This document shows, piece after piece, positions 1-10,128 of a stretch of DNA of 64,000 nucleotides (position 1 is its first letter; every line of letters starts with the position of its first letter). Source of the DNA: Candidatus Moranbacteria bacterium UBA2282 (GTDB lineage: Bacteria; Patescibacteriota; Minisyncoccia; Moranbacterales; UBA2206); the NCBI GenBank assembly GCA_002345745.1, contig DDWQ01000005.1:3707-67706 (forward strand), written 5' to 3'. The position numbers and the translations under genes are program-made. A model generated the notes under the pieces. The model saw only the letters and a program-made list of their open reading frames with translations, was not told the DNA's origin and did no database searches.

Positions 1-82
1 ATATCTGAGAACTTTTGTGTCAAACGGCTGCGGATTATTCCGTGGTTTTTTAATATCTAAAAAATAAAAAACAAACAAAAAA

Positions 83-3000
83 ATGCACAAAACAATCAAA
101 AACATAGGTGTCATAATTTTCATTGCTATCTTCGCCATTAGTCCCTTGCAAATTAATTTGCAAGCTCTTTCCAAAAATGTTGTAGTGGGTGAGACTTTGC
201 AATTAGAAGAATTATATATCAGCGAAAACACAACTTGGAACAATGATACCAATCTATCAAATTATGGAAACATCTATGTTGATTGGGGTGTAACTTTGAC
301 CATTGAAAAAGGAACACAACTAGCATTTCGTCATTTGCAGATCGATGGCAGCGTTGTTGCCAAAGGTACTAAAGAAGAAAAAATAAAATTAACCGGAATT
401 CCACTAACTTTTGAAGAAGGCGGACTGTATGATCCACGTTGTTCAATGTCGCCAACAGCCACGATTGAATTTAGCGCTCCTGGGGATTATGTGGAAGATC
501 CAGAATCTATTTTTGAATTTGTAGAATTTTCCCAAATGGGTGGAGAATATTCATATGATACAGACAATTGTCCAAGTCTAGGAATGAATAACAGTATCAA
601 AGATATGTTTTTTCCAACAGTCTATGCATCTCCGGTGAATCCAGTTGCTCCAGCTATGACTTTCTATTCAGGCCGAGTGAAAATGAGCAACTGTGATTTC
701 AAAAACAATGCCTATGCGGATATAAAAGTTGAGACGGAATATGGTGAATGGAATTCACAAAGTTATCTGCATATCGAAAACTCCAACTTCCAAAACAACT
801 CTCAAGATACAGCTGTCATAGCTAAAGTTACAAAACCAGATGTATATAGCTCACTTTTTGAAAGCTGTTTCAATGAATGCAAACTCAATTACCCAGATGA
901 CTATATGATTTATGGTCCAATTTGTAATAGCTATTGCACAAATGTCGCAGGCAGTGACCCGAGTTTTCATGACAAATCCAAAGTTCTTTTGAAAAACAAT
1001 TGGTATGGCGATTCAGCTGGTCCAGAAATTGAATCTGTGCCAAATGTGGGTGGGGAAAAACTAATTGGTGACTACACTTCAGAAAGTTGGAGTGCAACAG
1101 AAATTGAAAATTCTGTAGTGCCAGTGACGACTGGTGGAGCATCCAACGTCCTTTTTTTGCCAGGATTGGAGGCGAGTCGGTTGTATAAAGATGGAATAAC
1201 TGAAAATCAACTTTGGGAACCTAATCGCAATGATGATGTGGAGAAATTATTTTTGGATGAAAATGGAAAAAGTCTAAACCAAAATGTGTATACAAAAGAT
1301 ATACTTGATGAGGTAAATGTATCACTATTAGGACAAAAAAATATATATAAATCATTTGAAGCTGATTTGAAAAAGTGGAAAAATGATGACAAAATTATCA
1401 ATGATTATTCGGCTGTGCCATATGACTGGCGATTGTCGCTGGAAGATATTTTAGAGGGAGGCACAATTTCAGATGGAGATCATATCTCATATACTGGAAA
1501 ATCAATCGCACCATATATTATTCGCGAATTAAGAAGATTGGCGAAAACTTCCAAATCTGGCAAAGTGACTATTGTGGCACATTCCAATGGTGGACTGTTG
1601 GCAAAAGCTTTGACTAATAAATTAGGAGTAGAAGCTGAAAGTCTGATTGACAAGATTGTTATGGTGGCTGTGCCACAAGTTGGAACACCGCAAGCAATTG
1701 GTGGACTTTTGCATGGCTATGACCAAGGTTTGCCTGCAGATTGGCTACCTTTGCTTCTGTCGCCTAAAACTGCTCGAACATTGGCAAATAATATGTCGAG
1801 TGCGTATAATTTGCTTCCATCCAATGCATATTTCAATGGCAATGGTAGTGAAACAAGCACACCAGTTATTTCTTTTGAAAATGGATCACTCACGCAACCA
1901 TTCATCAATAAATATGGCAATGAAATTGACACCCCAACCAAATTACATAATTTTCTCTTGGACTCGGAGGGAAAAGTTTCAGTCGATTCAGATAATGTTG
2001 TCAGTCCAAGCACAATCAATGCAAAATTATTAGGCTATGCCAAAGATGTGCATCAATTACTTGATGATAATTGGTCAGTGCCATCATCAATTTCTGTCTA
2101 TCAAATTGCTGGTTTTGGCGAAGAGACACTGGGGAAAATACGATATTGGACAGGCATAGAATGTGTGAAAACATTTCACAGTTGGTGTTTGAAATATCAG
2201 CCAAAATTACAATATTCACCCGAAGTAGTCATTGATGGTGATGGTACAGTGGTAGCACCGAGTGCTTTGGCGATGAGTGCAGATGCAGAAAATGTGAAGA
2301 GGTTTTGGGTAGATTTAAAAAAATACGACACGCTTCTTAATTGGGAAAGAGAGCATGCTGATATTCTTGAAGTTTCAGAATTAAGAAGTTTCATCAAAGA
2401 CAATATTTTAACTCGAAAAAATACGGAATTCCCGCAATTTATTTCAGACTCAATGCCATCCAATAATTCCGAAAAACGCTTACATTACATTTTGCATTCG
2501 CCATTAGCACTTTCCGCACAGGACACATCTGGCAATGAAATTAGTGCTTCAGTTTCGACGATTCCTGGGGCAACATACAGACGCTTTGGCGAAGTGCAAT
2601 TCATCTCTTTGCCAGCTTCTGTGGCACACGCAGTGATGCTCACTGGACTGGCAGAAGGCTCATTCACATTGGAAATGCAGGAAGTGGAGAACGACGCCGT
2701 GGTGGCAGAAACAACTTTTGCCGGTATTCCATCTTCAGACAAAACCAAAGTCACAATAGAGGTGACTGACGGCACAATTGAAAATGCTTCACCACTGGCT
2801 GTGGATTTTGATGGAAACGGTGTAATTGAATTTTCACTAGAACCAAAAGTTGGTGAAACAATCACGCCACTTATTTTAGATCAAACTCCGCCAGAAGCCA
2901 GAATGTTTTTTGACACTCAGACTAATTTAATAAAGGTAGAAGGAATTGATGAAAATCCAACTACAGTGACCTATGCAACATCCATGATATCCAAAAAGAA

Positions 3001-3439
3001 TCAAAATCATAATGAAAGATATGCTAGCAAGGTGACCACAGCTACAGTTGCTGATCAGGCGGGAAATGTCACAATTCTCAAATATACAGAAAAGTTTGTG
3101 AATCATAATCGCAGAGTGGCTGTTGAGCTCAATTCAATCAGCTACAATGGCGTCGTGACCAATCTTTATGATACAATAGCAAAGTACAATTGGACTCTGG
3201 GCAGAAAAGATGAGGTATATAGAATGTTTGCGACCAATTTGCACACAGCCTCTAGTACAGTCGAATCACACTATCGACCAAAACAAAATATCACGATGAT
3301 TATGACGAGACCACAAGAACTAGATGATAATCGTGATGATGACAATGATGCTGATAGGCGAGCAACCAAACAAAAATTGGCAGGTCTAGTTATCCCTGCG
3401 CTGGTGACCAAACAGGGCGTAGTTGAGATTAAGTATTAA
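83..3439 (+). CDS. Large secreted alpha/beta-hydrolase-like surface protein (paralog A); N-terminal signal peptide, AHSNGG nucleophile-elbow motif (lipase/esterase-like)
   Basis: 1118-aa ORF with hydrophobic N-terminal signal (IGVIIFIAIFAISPLQ). Internal motif VTIVAHSNGGLLAKAL fits the G/A-H-S-x-G serine hydrolase elbow. A near-identical paralog lies at 35322..38666. Confidence 0.6.
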   Translation: MHKTIKNIGVIIFIAIFAISPLQINLQALSKNVVVGETLQLEELYISENTTWNNDTNLSNYGNIYVDWGVTLTIEKGTQLAFRHLQIDGSVVAKGTKEEKIKLTGIPLTFEEGGLYDPRCSMSPTATIEFSAPGDYVEDPESIFEFVEFSQMGGEYSYDTDNCPSLGMNNSIKDMFFPTVYASPVNPVAPAMTFYSGRVKMSNCDFKNNAYADIKVETEYGEWNSQSYLHIENSNFQNNSQDTAVIAKVTKPDVYSSLFESCFNECKLNYPDDYMIYGPICNSYCTNVAGSDPSFHDKSKVLLKNNWYGDSAGPEIESVPNVGGEKLIGDYTSESWSATEIENSVVPVTTGGASNVLFLPGLEASRLYKDGITENQLWEPNRNDDVEKLFLDENGKSLNQNVYTKDILDEVNVSLLGQKNIYKSFEADLKKWKNDDKIINDYSAVPYDWRLSLEDILEGGTISDGDHISYTGKSIAPYIIRELRRLAKTSKSGKVTIVAHSNGGLLAKALTNKLGVEAESLIDKIVMVAVPQVGTPQAIGGLLHGYDQGLPADWLPLLLSPKTARTLANNMSSAYNLLPSNAYFNGNGSETSTPVISFENGSLTQPFINKYGNEIDTPTKLHNFLLDSEGKVSVDSDNVVSPSTINAKLLGYAKDVHQLLDDNWSVPSSISVYQIAGFGEETLGKIRYWTGIECVKTFHSWCLKYQPKLQYSPEVVIDGDGTVVAPSALAMSADAENVKRFWVDLKKYDTLLNWEREHADILEVSELRSFIKDNILTRKNTEFPQFISDSMPSNNSEKRLHYILHSPLALSAQDTSGNEISASVSTIPGATYRRFGEVQFISLPASVAHAVMLTGLAEGSFTLEMQEVENDAVVAETTFAGIPSSDKTKVTIEVTDGTIENASPLAVDFDGNGVIEFSLEPKVGETITPLILDQTPPEARMFFDTQTNLIKVEGIDENPTTVTYATSMISKKNQNHNERYASKVTTATVADQAGNVTILKYTEKFVNHNRRVAVELNSISYNGVVTNLYDTIAKYNWTLGRKDEVYRMFATNLHTASSTVESHYRPKQNITMIMTRPQELDDNRDDDNDADRRATKQKLAGLVIPALVTKQGVVEIKY

Positions 3440-3457
3440 TTATTTTATTAAAAAAAT

Positions 3458-3874
3458 ATGACGAAAAAAAGTGTTCTTGTAGTCAACAGCATCGCAATTA
3501 TATTGCTTTTGACATTAGCTTATACGCAAAGCGGAACTAGCTGTTACTCAACTGTTTGGTGTAATAAACTTTGGGATGCTATCAATAGAGTAGGTGAAAT
3601 GTTATTTATTTTTATTCCAGTTTTACTTTTCTCCCTCATCACCTACAAAATGCGTGACGAAGTTTTTCAGGCTTGGTGGAAATTTGCCCGCTGGTTTGTG
3701 CCGGTGATTATGCTGGTTACTCTTCTAATCAACTCTCAAAGCCGAGGTGGTGGAATGGGTATCAGTGGTGCTATATCTAGTAGTTTCAACTTATTTATAA
3801 TTGGCATTTTCTACGCAATTTTTGTCATAACCTCTTTGGTCAAAATAACGCTGGCGTATCGGCGGGTGAAATAA
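3458..3874 (+). CDS. Small polytopic membrane protein (paralog A of 38685..39095); C-terminal 80 aa identical between copies
   Basis: 138-aa ORF, 18 bp downstream of the hydrolase gene, with multiple hydrophobic segments. The 3' ~250 bp is identical to the second copy. Confidence 0.55.
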   Translation: MTKKSVLVVNSIAIILLLTLAYTQSGTSCYSTVWCNKLWDAINRVGEMLFIFIPVLLFSLITYKMRDEVFQAWWKFARWFVPVIMLVTLLINSQSRGGGMGISGAISSSFNLFIIGIFYAIFVITSLVKITLAYRRVK

Positions 3875-3991
3875 ATTTAATCAATGCAAAAAAGTTGAAC
3901 TTTTAAGTTAGCACGGCTAGTGCAAATGTTTAACATTGAAAATGTGTGATTAAATACAAAAAAAGAACTAGCCTGTGCTAATTCTTTGTAT

Positions 3992-4065
3992 GTGGGCGTG
4001 CTTAGATTCGAACTGAGGACCTCGTCATTATCAGTGACGCGCTCTAACCAACTGAGCTACACGCC
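3992..4065 (-). tRNA. tRNA-Ile (anticodon GAT)
   Basis: The reverse complement folds as a 74-nt cloverleaf: GGGCGTG acceptor, GCTC/GAGC D-stem, anticodon loop CTGATAA, TTCGAAT T-loop. Confidence 0.85.
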
Positions 4066-4134
4066 CATATTATGTCGTCGCAAAACGACTCCTAATTTAA
4101 AATTATAAATTTAAAATTTAAAATTAATTTCGGG

Positions 4135-4208
4135 TGGACCCTGGGGGATTCGAACTCCCGGCCTCCTCGGTGCAAGCGAGGCGCTCTAGCCAACTGAGCT
4201 AAGGGCCC
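4135..4208 (-). tRNA. tRNA-Ala (anticodon TGC) with G3:U70 identity pair
   Basis: Reverse complement GGGCCCTTAGCTCAG...CTTGCAC...TTCGAAT...AGGGTCCA has anticodon loop CTTGCAC and a G3:U70 wobble in the acceptor stem. One A:C mismatch in the T-stem. Confidence 0.8.
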
Positions 4209-4254
4209 ATTTATTTTTCAACAACTATAATTCATTATACATTAAAATATAATA

Positions 4255-4283
4255 TTGACAAGTGCTAGGATATGATATAAACT
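4255..4283 (+). promoter_or_regulatory. Candidate sigma70-type promoter for secE-nusG (TTGACA-17-TAAACT)
   Basis: TTGACA at 4255-4260, a 17-nt spacer, then TAAACT at 4278-4283. Confidence 0.4.
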
Positions 4284-4447
4284 TATATATAGAAAAGCCT
4301 TAGGGGCTTTTTAAAAAAGCTTTAAAAATGCATTAAGCTAATAATGGCTTACGCAAAGCATATTTATCAATAAAAGATGCGAATAGTTGCGAATGTATAA
4401 AAAATTTATTCGAATACATTCAATTACTAATTAGCGACAATTAGCAT

Positions 4448-4636
4448 ATGGCAAATAAAGTAATAACATTTTTGCAGGAAGCTCGGACTGAATTAACAAG
4501 AGTCAATTGGCCAAGCAAAAAACAAACAATAAATTACACAATCCTTGTCATTGCGATTAGTGTTGTGGGAGCTATTTTTCTCGGAAGTTTAGACTATTTT
4601 TTTAGTTATTTATTAAAAACATTTATTATAAAATAA
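4448..4636 (+). CDS. secE: Preprotein translocase subunit SecE
   Basis: 62-aa protein with a single C-terminal TM helix, located immediately upstream of nusG (conserved secE-nusG-rplK-rplA synteny). Confidence 0.8.
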   Translation: MANKVITFLQEARTELTRVNWPSKKQTINYTILVIAISVVGAIFLGSLDYFFSYLLKTFIIK

Positions 4637-4637
4637 T

Positions 4638-5183
4638 ATGGCCAAACAAACTCAACATCATGGGAGAGCATGGTATGTAATTCACACCTATAGTGGATAT
4701 GAAGACAATGTTGCTCGCAATTTGAAACAAAGAATTGAATCAATGGATATGCAGGATTTGATTTTTGATGTAATGGTTCCAATTGAAAAGAAAATTAAAA
4801 TTAAAACTGGAAAAAGAACAGTTGTGGAAGAGAAAATTTACCCCGGATATGTTCTAGTTGAGATGATGGTAACTGACGCATCTTGGTATGTCGTGCGAAA
4901 CACTCCAAATGTCACAGGTTTCATTGGTCTTGGTACAACACCAACTCCAGTTGATCCAGCTGAGATTGAAATGTTAAAGAAAAGGATGGGTGTGGCTGAA
5001 CCAAAATACAAAATTGATGTTAAAGTCGGTGATTCTATTAAAGTTATCGATGGACCATTCAAGGATTTTGATGCCAAGGTTGATGAGGTTGATGATGCTA
5101 AGGGTAGAGTTAAAGTATTGGTCTCTATTTTTGGAAGAGAAACCCCAGTGGAATTGGATTTCCTACAGATACATAAATTATAA
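4638..5183 (+). CDS. nusG: Transcription termination/antitermination factor NusG
   Basis: 181 aa with an NGN domain start (WYVIHTYSGYE) and a C-terminal KOW-like region (KVGDSIKVIDGPFKDF). Sits in the secE-nusG-rplK synteny. Confidence 0.9.
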   Translation: MAKQTQHHGRAWYVIHTYSGYEDNVARNLKQRIESMDMQDLIFDVMVPIEKKIKIKTGKRTVVEEKIYPGYVLVEMMVTDASWYVVRNTPNVTGFIGLGTTPTPVDPAEIEMLKKRMGVAEPKYKIDVKVGDSIKVIDGPFKDFDAKVDEVDDAKGRVKVLVSIFGRETPVELDFLQIHKL

Positions 5184-5352
5184 GAAATGTAGGTGTGGCG
5201 TCCCGCAAAGAATTCCAAAATAGCTTCTATATTGTGGATAAATTTGTTTGCGAATTCGCCTTACGGCTACGTGCAGTTTTAACTAAAAAAATTAATTAGC
5301 GAATTCGTGCGGGATGCTCATATTTGTAGCTACTCGTACCTCGCAGACAAAT

Positions 5353-5778
5353 ATGGCAAAAAAGATTAAAACAGTTATTAAATTACAAATCGGAGCTGGA
5401 AAAGCAAATCCAGCGCCTCCAGTTGGTCCTGCTTTGGGTCAGCATGGTTTGAACATTCAAGAATTTTGTACAAAGTTCAATGAAGCGACCAAAGCACAAA
5501 TGGGAGATATTGTCCCAGCAGAAATTACAGTATATGAAGATCGAACTTTCAGTTTTGTTTTGAAAACTCCTCCGGCCTCTGATCTTTTGCGAAAAGCAGC
5601 TGGCGTAGAAAAGGGTGCTGGCAATCCGCTAAAAGACAAAGTTGGCACAATTACTGGAGCAAAACTTCAAGAAATTGCAGAACGGAAATTGCCTGACTTG
5701 AATGCTAACGATGTTGATGCGGCAGAAAAAATAATTGCAGGAACTGCACGATCGATGGGAATTAAAATTGAAAATTAA
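5353..5778 (+). CDS. rplK: 50S ribosomal protein L11
   Basis: [32 protein letters not shown] matches the L11 N-terminal signature. The ORF-track start at 5314 is probably too far upstream. Confidence 0.9.
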   Translation: MAKKIKTVIKLQIGAGKANPAPPVGPALGQHGLNIQEFCTKFNEATKAQMGDIVPAEITVYEDRTFSFVLKTPPASDLLRKAAGVEKGAGNPLKDKVGTITGAKLQEIAERKLPDLNANDVDAAEKIIAGTARSMGIKIEN

Positions 5779-5856
5779 GAGTGAAGTTATTTAATTAAAT
5801 TTAATTTTGTGGGAGATGTTGTATGTATTATACATCGCTTGAACCACTAAAATATT

Positions 5857-6528
5857 ATGAAGCACGGAAAAAAGTATAGAGCTATGTCTGAAAAAATTGA
5901 TAAAAACAAAGAATATACCTTGGAAGAGGCGGTTAAATTAATGAAAGAAAGCACAACCGCTAAATTTGACGAGTCAGTTGAAATTCACATTAAAACAAAC
6001 GTTGATCCAAAAAAAGGTGATCAACAAGTGCGTGGAACAGCAGCTCTTCCATATGGAAGCGGGAAAACAAAGCGTGTGGCTGTTATAACCTCAACTAGCG
6101 CAGCCGAAGCAAAAGCTGCTGGAGCAGACATTGTTGGCGGAGAAGAATTAGTTGAAACATTTGCTAAAAAAATTGAATTTGATGTTTTGGTTGCAACACC
6201 GGAAATGATGCCAAAATTAGCTAAGGCTGCTAAAATCTTGGGGCCAAAAGGTTTAATGCCAAATCCAAAAACTGAGACAGTAACGACAAAAATCAAAGAA
6301 ACTGTAGAAGCTTTGAAAAAGGGTCGCGCAGCATTTAAAAATGATGCTTCCGCTGTTATTCATCAAGCTGTAGGAAAAGTTTCCTTTGATGATGCGAAAC
6401 TTATTGAAAATATTAAATTTTTTATTGACACTGTAGGAAAAGTTAAGCCTGCAGCCTTCAAGGGAAAACTTATTGCTAGCATCACCATTTGTTCAACAAT
6501 GGGCAAAGGAATTCGAATTAGTTTTTAG
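5857..6528 (+). CDS. rplA: 50S ribosomal protein L1
   Basis: 223 aa with L1 motifs (FDESVEIHIKTNVDPKKGDQQVRG, LGPKGLMPNPKTETVT). Confidence 0.9.
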   Translation: MKHGKKYRAMSEKIDKNKEYTLEEAVKLMKESTTAKFDESVEIHIKTNVDPKKGDQQVRGTAALPYGSGKTKRVAVITSTSAAEAKAAGADIVGGEELVETFAKKIEFDVLVATPEMMPKLAKAAKILGPKGLMPNPKTETVTTKIKETVEALKKGRAAFKNDASAVIHQAVGKVSFDDAKLIENIKFFIDTVGKVKPAAFKGKLIASITICSTMGKGIRISF

Positions 6529-6546
6529 TCTATAAAATCTAAATAA

Positions 6547-6580
6547 AAAAAACTTGATTAGTAGATCAAGTTTTTTTATT
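6547..6580 (+). terminator. Rho-independent terminator after rplA
   Basis: Hairpin AAACTTGAT-TAGTAG-ATCAAGTTT followed by a T-run. Confidence 0.6.
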
Positions 6581-6651
6581 TGTGTATAATTGACGGTATG
6601 AGATTATTTTGCTAAAATTGATTGGTGTTTAATAAACTAAAATTCTCAAAA

Positions 6652-7209
6652 ATGGAAGAAAAAAGAAAGCTTATTATTGGTTTAGTGGGTGAAACTGGAT
6701 CGGGCAAGGACACAGTGGCTAAATATCTTAATGAGAAATATGGTGCGAAATTAATGCGCTTTGCAGATCCAATTAAAGAAACTTTAAACATTTTTTTTGA
6801 TAAAAGTTCAAAACAAGACCAACAATGGCTGTTTACTGAATTTAAAAAAAGATTTGGTGGTAATGTGTTGGGAATGGCACTACGCAAGAAAATTGAAAGA
6901 AATGATGGCTTGATTGTTGTAAATGGATTGCGTATGCTGGAGGATTATGGCTTTATAAAAAGCTTCTCCGATAGTGTTATTCTATATATCACCGCAGATC
7001 AGAAATTGCGCTGGGAGCGGGTCGCTGGTCGTGGCGAAAAATCAGATGATAATATAGATTTGGAGAAATTCCAAGAAATTGAGCGAGCGGAAACAGAAAT
7101 TCATATTCCAGAACTTGGCTCCAGAGCTGAATTTGTAATCAAAAATGAAAAAGATTTAGCATATTTATTGTCCGAAACTGACAGGGTGATGGGTAAAATT
7201 ATGCAATAA
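6652..7209 (+). CDS. P-loop deoxynucleoside monophosphate kinase-like protein (T4 gp1-type dNMP kinase family)
   Basis: Walker A GETGSGKDT and ADPIKETL resemble T4 dNMP kinase (GVKRSGKDT...AGPIKDAL). Start assumed at MEEKRKL; the ORF track begins at 6622. Confidence 0.5.
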   Translation: MEEKRKLIIGLVGETGSGKDTVAKYLNEKYGAKLMRFADPIKETLNIFFDKSSKQDQQWLFTEFKKRFGGNVLGMALRKKIERNDGLIVVNGLRMLEDYGFIKSFSDSVILYITADQKLRWERVAGRGEKSDDNIDLEKFQEIERAETEIHIPELGSRAEFVIKNEKDLAYLLSETDRVMGKIMQ

Positions 7210-7212
7210 ATC

Positions 7213-7240
7213 AGGAGTCCCGTCAAAACGGGACTTTTTT
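7213..7240 (+). terminator. Rho-independent terminator
   Basis: GGAGTCCCGT-CAAA-ACGGGACT hairpin followed by TTTTTT. Confidence 0.65.
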
Positions 7241-7301
7241 GACCAATGAGGGGAAAAAGAGTAAAATTAAGAAGTTACGAGACTTAATATAATAAAAAAA
7301 T

Positions 7302-7874
7302 ATGACAGGAATAAAAAAGGTTATAAAAACATCAAGACCAAATTGGGATGAAACATTTATGATGCTTGCTTTGACATTAGCTAAGCGAGCAGCTTGCAAA
7401 TATCATGAGATTGCTTCAGTTTTTGTGGATGAAGACCACAAGATAATTGCTACAGGCTATAATGGTCCAACTCGAGGTGATGTGCATTGTTTGGAGGTAG
7501 GTTGTGCTAAGGTGGATGGTGATCCAGTGACAAAAAAATTAAAAAGATGTCGTGGTGCACACAGCGAAATCAATGCCATTATGAATGCGGGGAATCCAGC
7601 AAAGCTCAAGGGTTCAACTTTGTATGTTACTGGTTCACCTTGTTATGATTGTATGAAGTCATTAAACAATGTTGGTGTGAAAAGGATTGTGTTTTTTGAA
7701 GAATATAAGCGAATGGCAGCTGGTAATGGAGCAGAGGAAGTTGAATTGGATGAGGTTGCAGAACTTTGCCAAAGAAGCGGGATTGCGTTGACGAAATTCG
7801 AGGGCGATATGAGTCATTTTGAAAGCATATTAAATAAAGATAAAAATATTTCATCAAGTTGTTCCACTTGTTAA
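7302..7874 (+). CDS. Deoxycytidylate (dCMP) deaminase
   Basis: CDA-fold zinc motifs HSEINAI and PCYDCMK. Confidence 0.85.
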   Translation: MTGIKKVIKTSRPNWDETFMMLALTLAKRAACKYHEIASVFVDEDHKIIATGYNGPTRGDVHCLEVGCAKVDGDPVTKKLKRCRGAHSEINAIMNAGNPAKLKGSTLYVTGSPCYDCMKSLNNVGVKRIVFFEEYKRMAAGNGAEEVELDEVAELCQRSGIALTKFEGDMSHFESILNKDKNISSSCSTC

Positions 7875-7898
7875 GCTAATTAATTTAAAAATAAAAAA

Positions 7899-8942
7899 AT
7901 GGAAAAACATCCTGAGTATCAGTATCTTGATTTAATTAAGGATATTTTGGATAATGGTTCGGACAAGCAACTTTTTTTCACGCCAGAAGTTTTAGCAGAA
8001 TATGAAAAAAAAGGCGAAAATCCACCATCTATCCGTTCATCTTTTGGCAGAATGATTCGTTTTGATTTGACAAAAGGTTTTCCACTTTTAACAACCAAGA
8101 AAACTTTTCATCGCGGAATTTTTACAGAGCTCATCTGGTTTTTAAGTGGAGATTCGAATATAAAATATCTCGTTGATAATGATGTACATATCTGGGATGA
8201 ATGGGCTTGGAAAAGATATCACAAACATTGTTTGCAAAATGCTCCTGAGCAAGATATGACTCAGGTTGATTTCATCGCCAAATTAAAGGCTGAAGCTAAA
8301 GATAGTGAATTTGTGAAAGAATGGGGTGATTTGATCACGATTTATGGACGAATGTGGCGCAGATGGCCAGCTAGTGATGGTCGAGAAATTGATCAGTTGG
8401 CGTGGGTGATTGATGGATTGAAAACTGACCCATATCGCAAATCATATGTTGTGTCTGCTTGGAACCCAGATTTTATTTATACTATGGCATCAAAAGAAAA
8501 TAAAAATGAAGTGCCACCATTTTGTCATACAACTTTTCAGTTTGGCGTGGTAAATGGTAAATTAAATTTGGCTCTTTTTCAGCGAAGTGCAGATAGTTTT
8601 TTGGGAGTGCCATTCAACATTGCTAGCTATGCGTTGTTATTGTTAATGGTGGCACAAGTAACAGGGTTGCCAGTTGGGGAGTTTGTGCATTTCTTTGGAG
8701 ATGTCCATATCTATTCCAATCACTTTGATCAAGTGAAGGAACAACTGACTCGAGAGCCACGACCATTCCCAACAGTCAAACTAAATCCTGAAATCAAAGA
8801 AATCGATGGGTTCACATTAAGCGATATTACGTTGGAAAATTATGACCCGCATCCAGCACTTAAAGCCGAGATTGCCAACATTGGTGGCTTCAAAGAAACT
8901 GGCAAAAACTATGATCGAAAATCAACCTGTGCTAAATGTTAA
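7899..8942 (+). CDS. thyA: Thymidylate synthase ThyA (long form, 347 aa)
   Basis: Active-site PPFCHTTFQF and FLGVPFNIASYALLLLMVAQVTGL motifs. Longer than typical bacterial ThyA. Confidence 0.9.
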   Translation: MEKHPEYQYLDLIKDILDNGSDKQLFFTPEVLAEYEKKGENPPSIRSSFGRMIRFDLTKGFPLLTTKKTFHRGIFTELIWFLSGDSNIKYLVDNDVHIWDEWAWKRYHKHCLQNAPEQDMTQVDFIAKLKAEAKDSEFVKEWGDLITIYGRMWRRWPASDGREIDQLAWVIDGLKTDPYRKSYVVSAWNPDFIYTMASKENKNEVPPFCHTTFQFGVVNGKLNLALFQRSADSFLGVPFNIASYALLLLMVAQVTGLPVGEFVHFFGDVHIYSNHFDQVKEQLTREPRPFPTVKLNPEIKEIDGFTLSDITLENYDPHPALKAEIANIGGFKETGKNYDRKSTCAKC

Positions 8943-8953
8943 AAGAATAGAAT

Positions 8954-9424
8954 ATGATTTCAATGATCTGTGCAATTGGGAAAAATCGTGAGATAGGCTT
9001 TCAAAATAAGCTACTTTGGGATATTCCAGAAGATATGGCACATTTCAAGACAATAACTTCTGGTCACACGGTAATTATGGGTGACAAAACCTATCAGTCA
9101 ATCGGTCGTCCATTGCCAAATCGAAAAAATATTGTTGTGACACTCAACAAAGACTTGCAAGCACCTGGGTGCGAAGTGCGATTTGATTTGGAGAAAGTTT
9201 TGCAAGAATATAAAAAAAGCGCAGAAGAGGTTTTTGTGATCGGCGGTGGAATGATTTATAAACTATCATTGCCAATGGCAGATAAATTATATTTGACTTT
9301 AGTGGACGATGCACCAGAAGCAGATACCTTTTTCCCAGATTATTCAGAATTCAAACAGACTATAAAAGAAGAAGAAATTGATAATGGAAAATATAAATTT
9401 AAGTTTGTAGAATTAATTAGATAG
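8954..9424 (+). CDS. folA: Dihydrofolate reductase
   Basis: DHFR N-terminal signature MISMICAIGKNREIGFQNKLLWDIPEDMAHFK. Located directly after thyA. Confidence 0.85.
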   Translation: MISMICAIGKNREIGFQNKLLWDIPEDMAHFKTITSGHTVIMGDKTYQSIGRPLPNRKNIVVTLNKDLQAPGCEVRFDLEKVLQEYKKSAEEVFVIGGGMIYKLSLPMADKLYLTLVDDAPEADTFFPDYSEFKQTIKEEEIDNGKYKFKFVELIR

Positions 9425-9430
9425 AAAAAT

Positions 9431-10099
9431 ATGAAATACGAAGTAGAAATTAAAAGTTTGTTGCAAACAGAAGAGCGAGCGCAGAAGTTGCGGGATAAAT
9501 TAGCCGAGCAAGGCATTCAGTTGGCGAATAAATACAATCAGCTCAATCATTATTTTTTGAGTAATGGTGACTTTGCAAAATTGGAAGAAAAAATCTTGCC
9601 ATTGTTTGATGCAGGAAAGCAAGAGAAATTGAAAAGAATTTTGGAAGATGGAAAAAATCATTCAATTCGCACGCGAGAAATGAATGGCGAAGTATTTTTT
9701 GTAGTGAAGGCTTCAGTTGATGACACAACTTCAGAGAACGGAATTCAGCGGATGGAATTTGAAGAAAAAGTGGAGGTTTCTATGGATGATCTTGGGAAGA
9801 TTCTGGAAGAAGCTGGCTTTGACTATCAAGCTAAATGGTCAAGAAATCGGGAAGAATATGAAAAAGATGATTTCTACATAACCATTGATAAAAATGCCGG
9901 ATATGGATATCTATCAGAATTTGAAATTGAAACTGAAGATGAAAATCAACTATCTGATGCCAAACAAAGAATCTTGGATTTTATGCAAGAGCTTGAACTA
10001 GTTGAACTTTCCCAAGAAAGACTTGGAAGAATGTTTGAATTTTATAATGAAAATTGGAAAGATTATTATGGCACAGAAAGTGTTTTTAATGTAGAATAA
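9431..10099 (+). CDS. Hypothetical protein, possible CYTH (triphosphate tunnel) domain
   Basis: N-terminal EVEIK, RTRE, EFEEK and C-terminal EFEIETE glutamate-rich strand motifs are reminiscent of the CYTH fold. Weak. Confidence 0.4.
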   Translation: MKYEVEIKSLLQTEERAQKLRDKLAEQGIQLANKYNQLNHYFLSNGDFAKLEEKILPLFDAGKQEKLKRILEDGKNHSIRTREMNGEVFFVVKASVDDTTSENGIQRMEFEEKVEVSMDDLGKILEEAGFDYQAKWSRNREEYEKDDFYITIDKNAGYGYLSEFEIETEDENQLSDAKQRILDFMQELELVELSQERLGRMFEFYNENWKDYYGTESVFNVE

Positions 10100-10128
10100 T
10101 ATAAAAATGAAGTGTGTGATGTAAAAAT

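Noticed and set aside
885-2865. Antisense and alternative-frame ORFs from the track inside the large hydrolase genes (e.g. 885..1142-, 1647..2033+, 2485..2865-, and their twins 36124..36381-, 36886..37272+)
   Set aside because: They overlap a well-supported 1118-aa CDS. Their duplication in copy B simply follows the DNA duplication. They have no RBS or motifs and are spurious.
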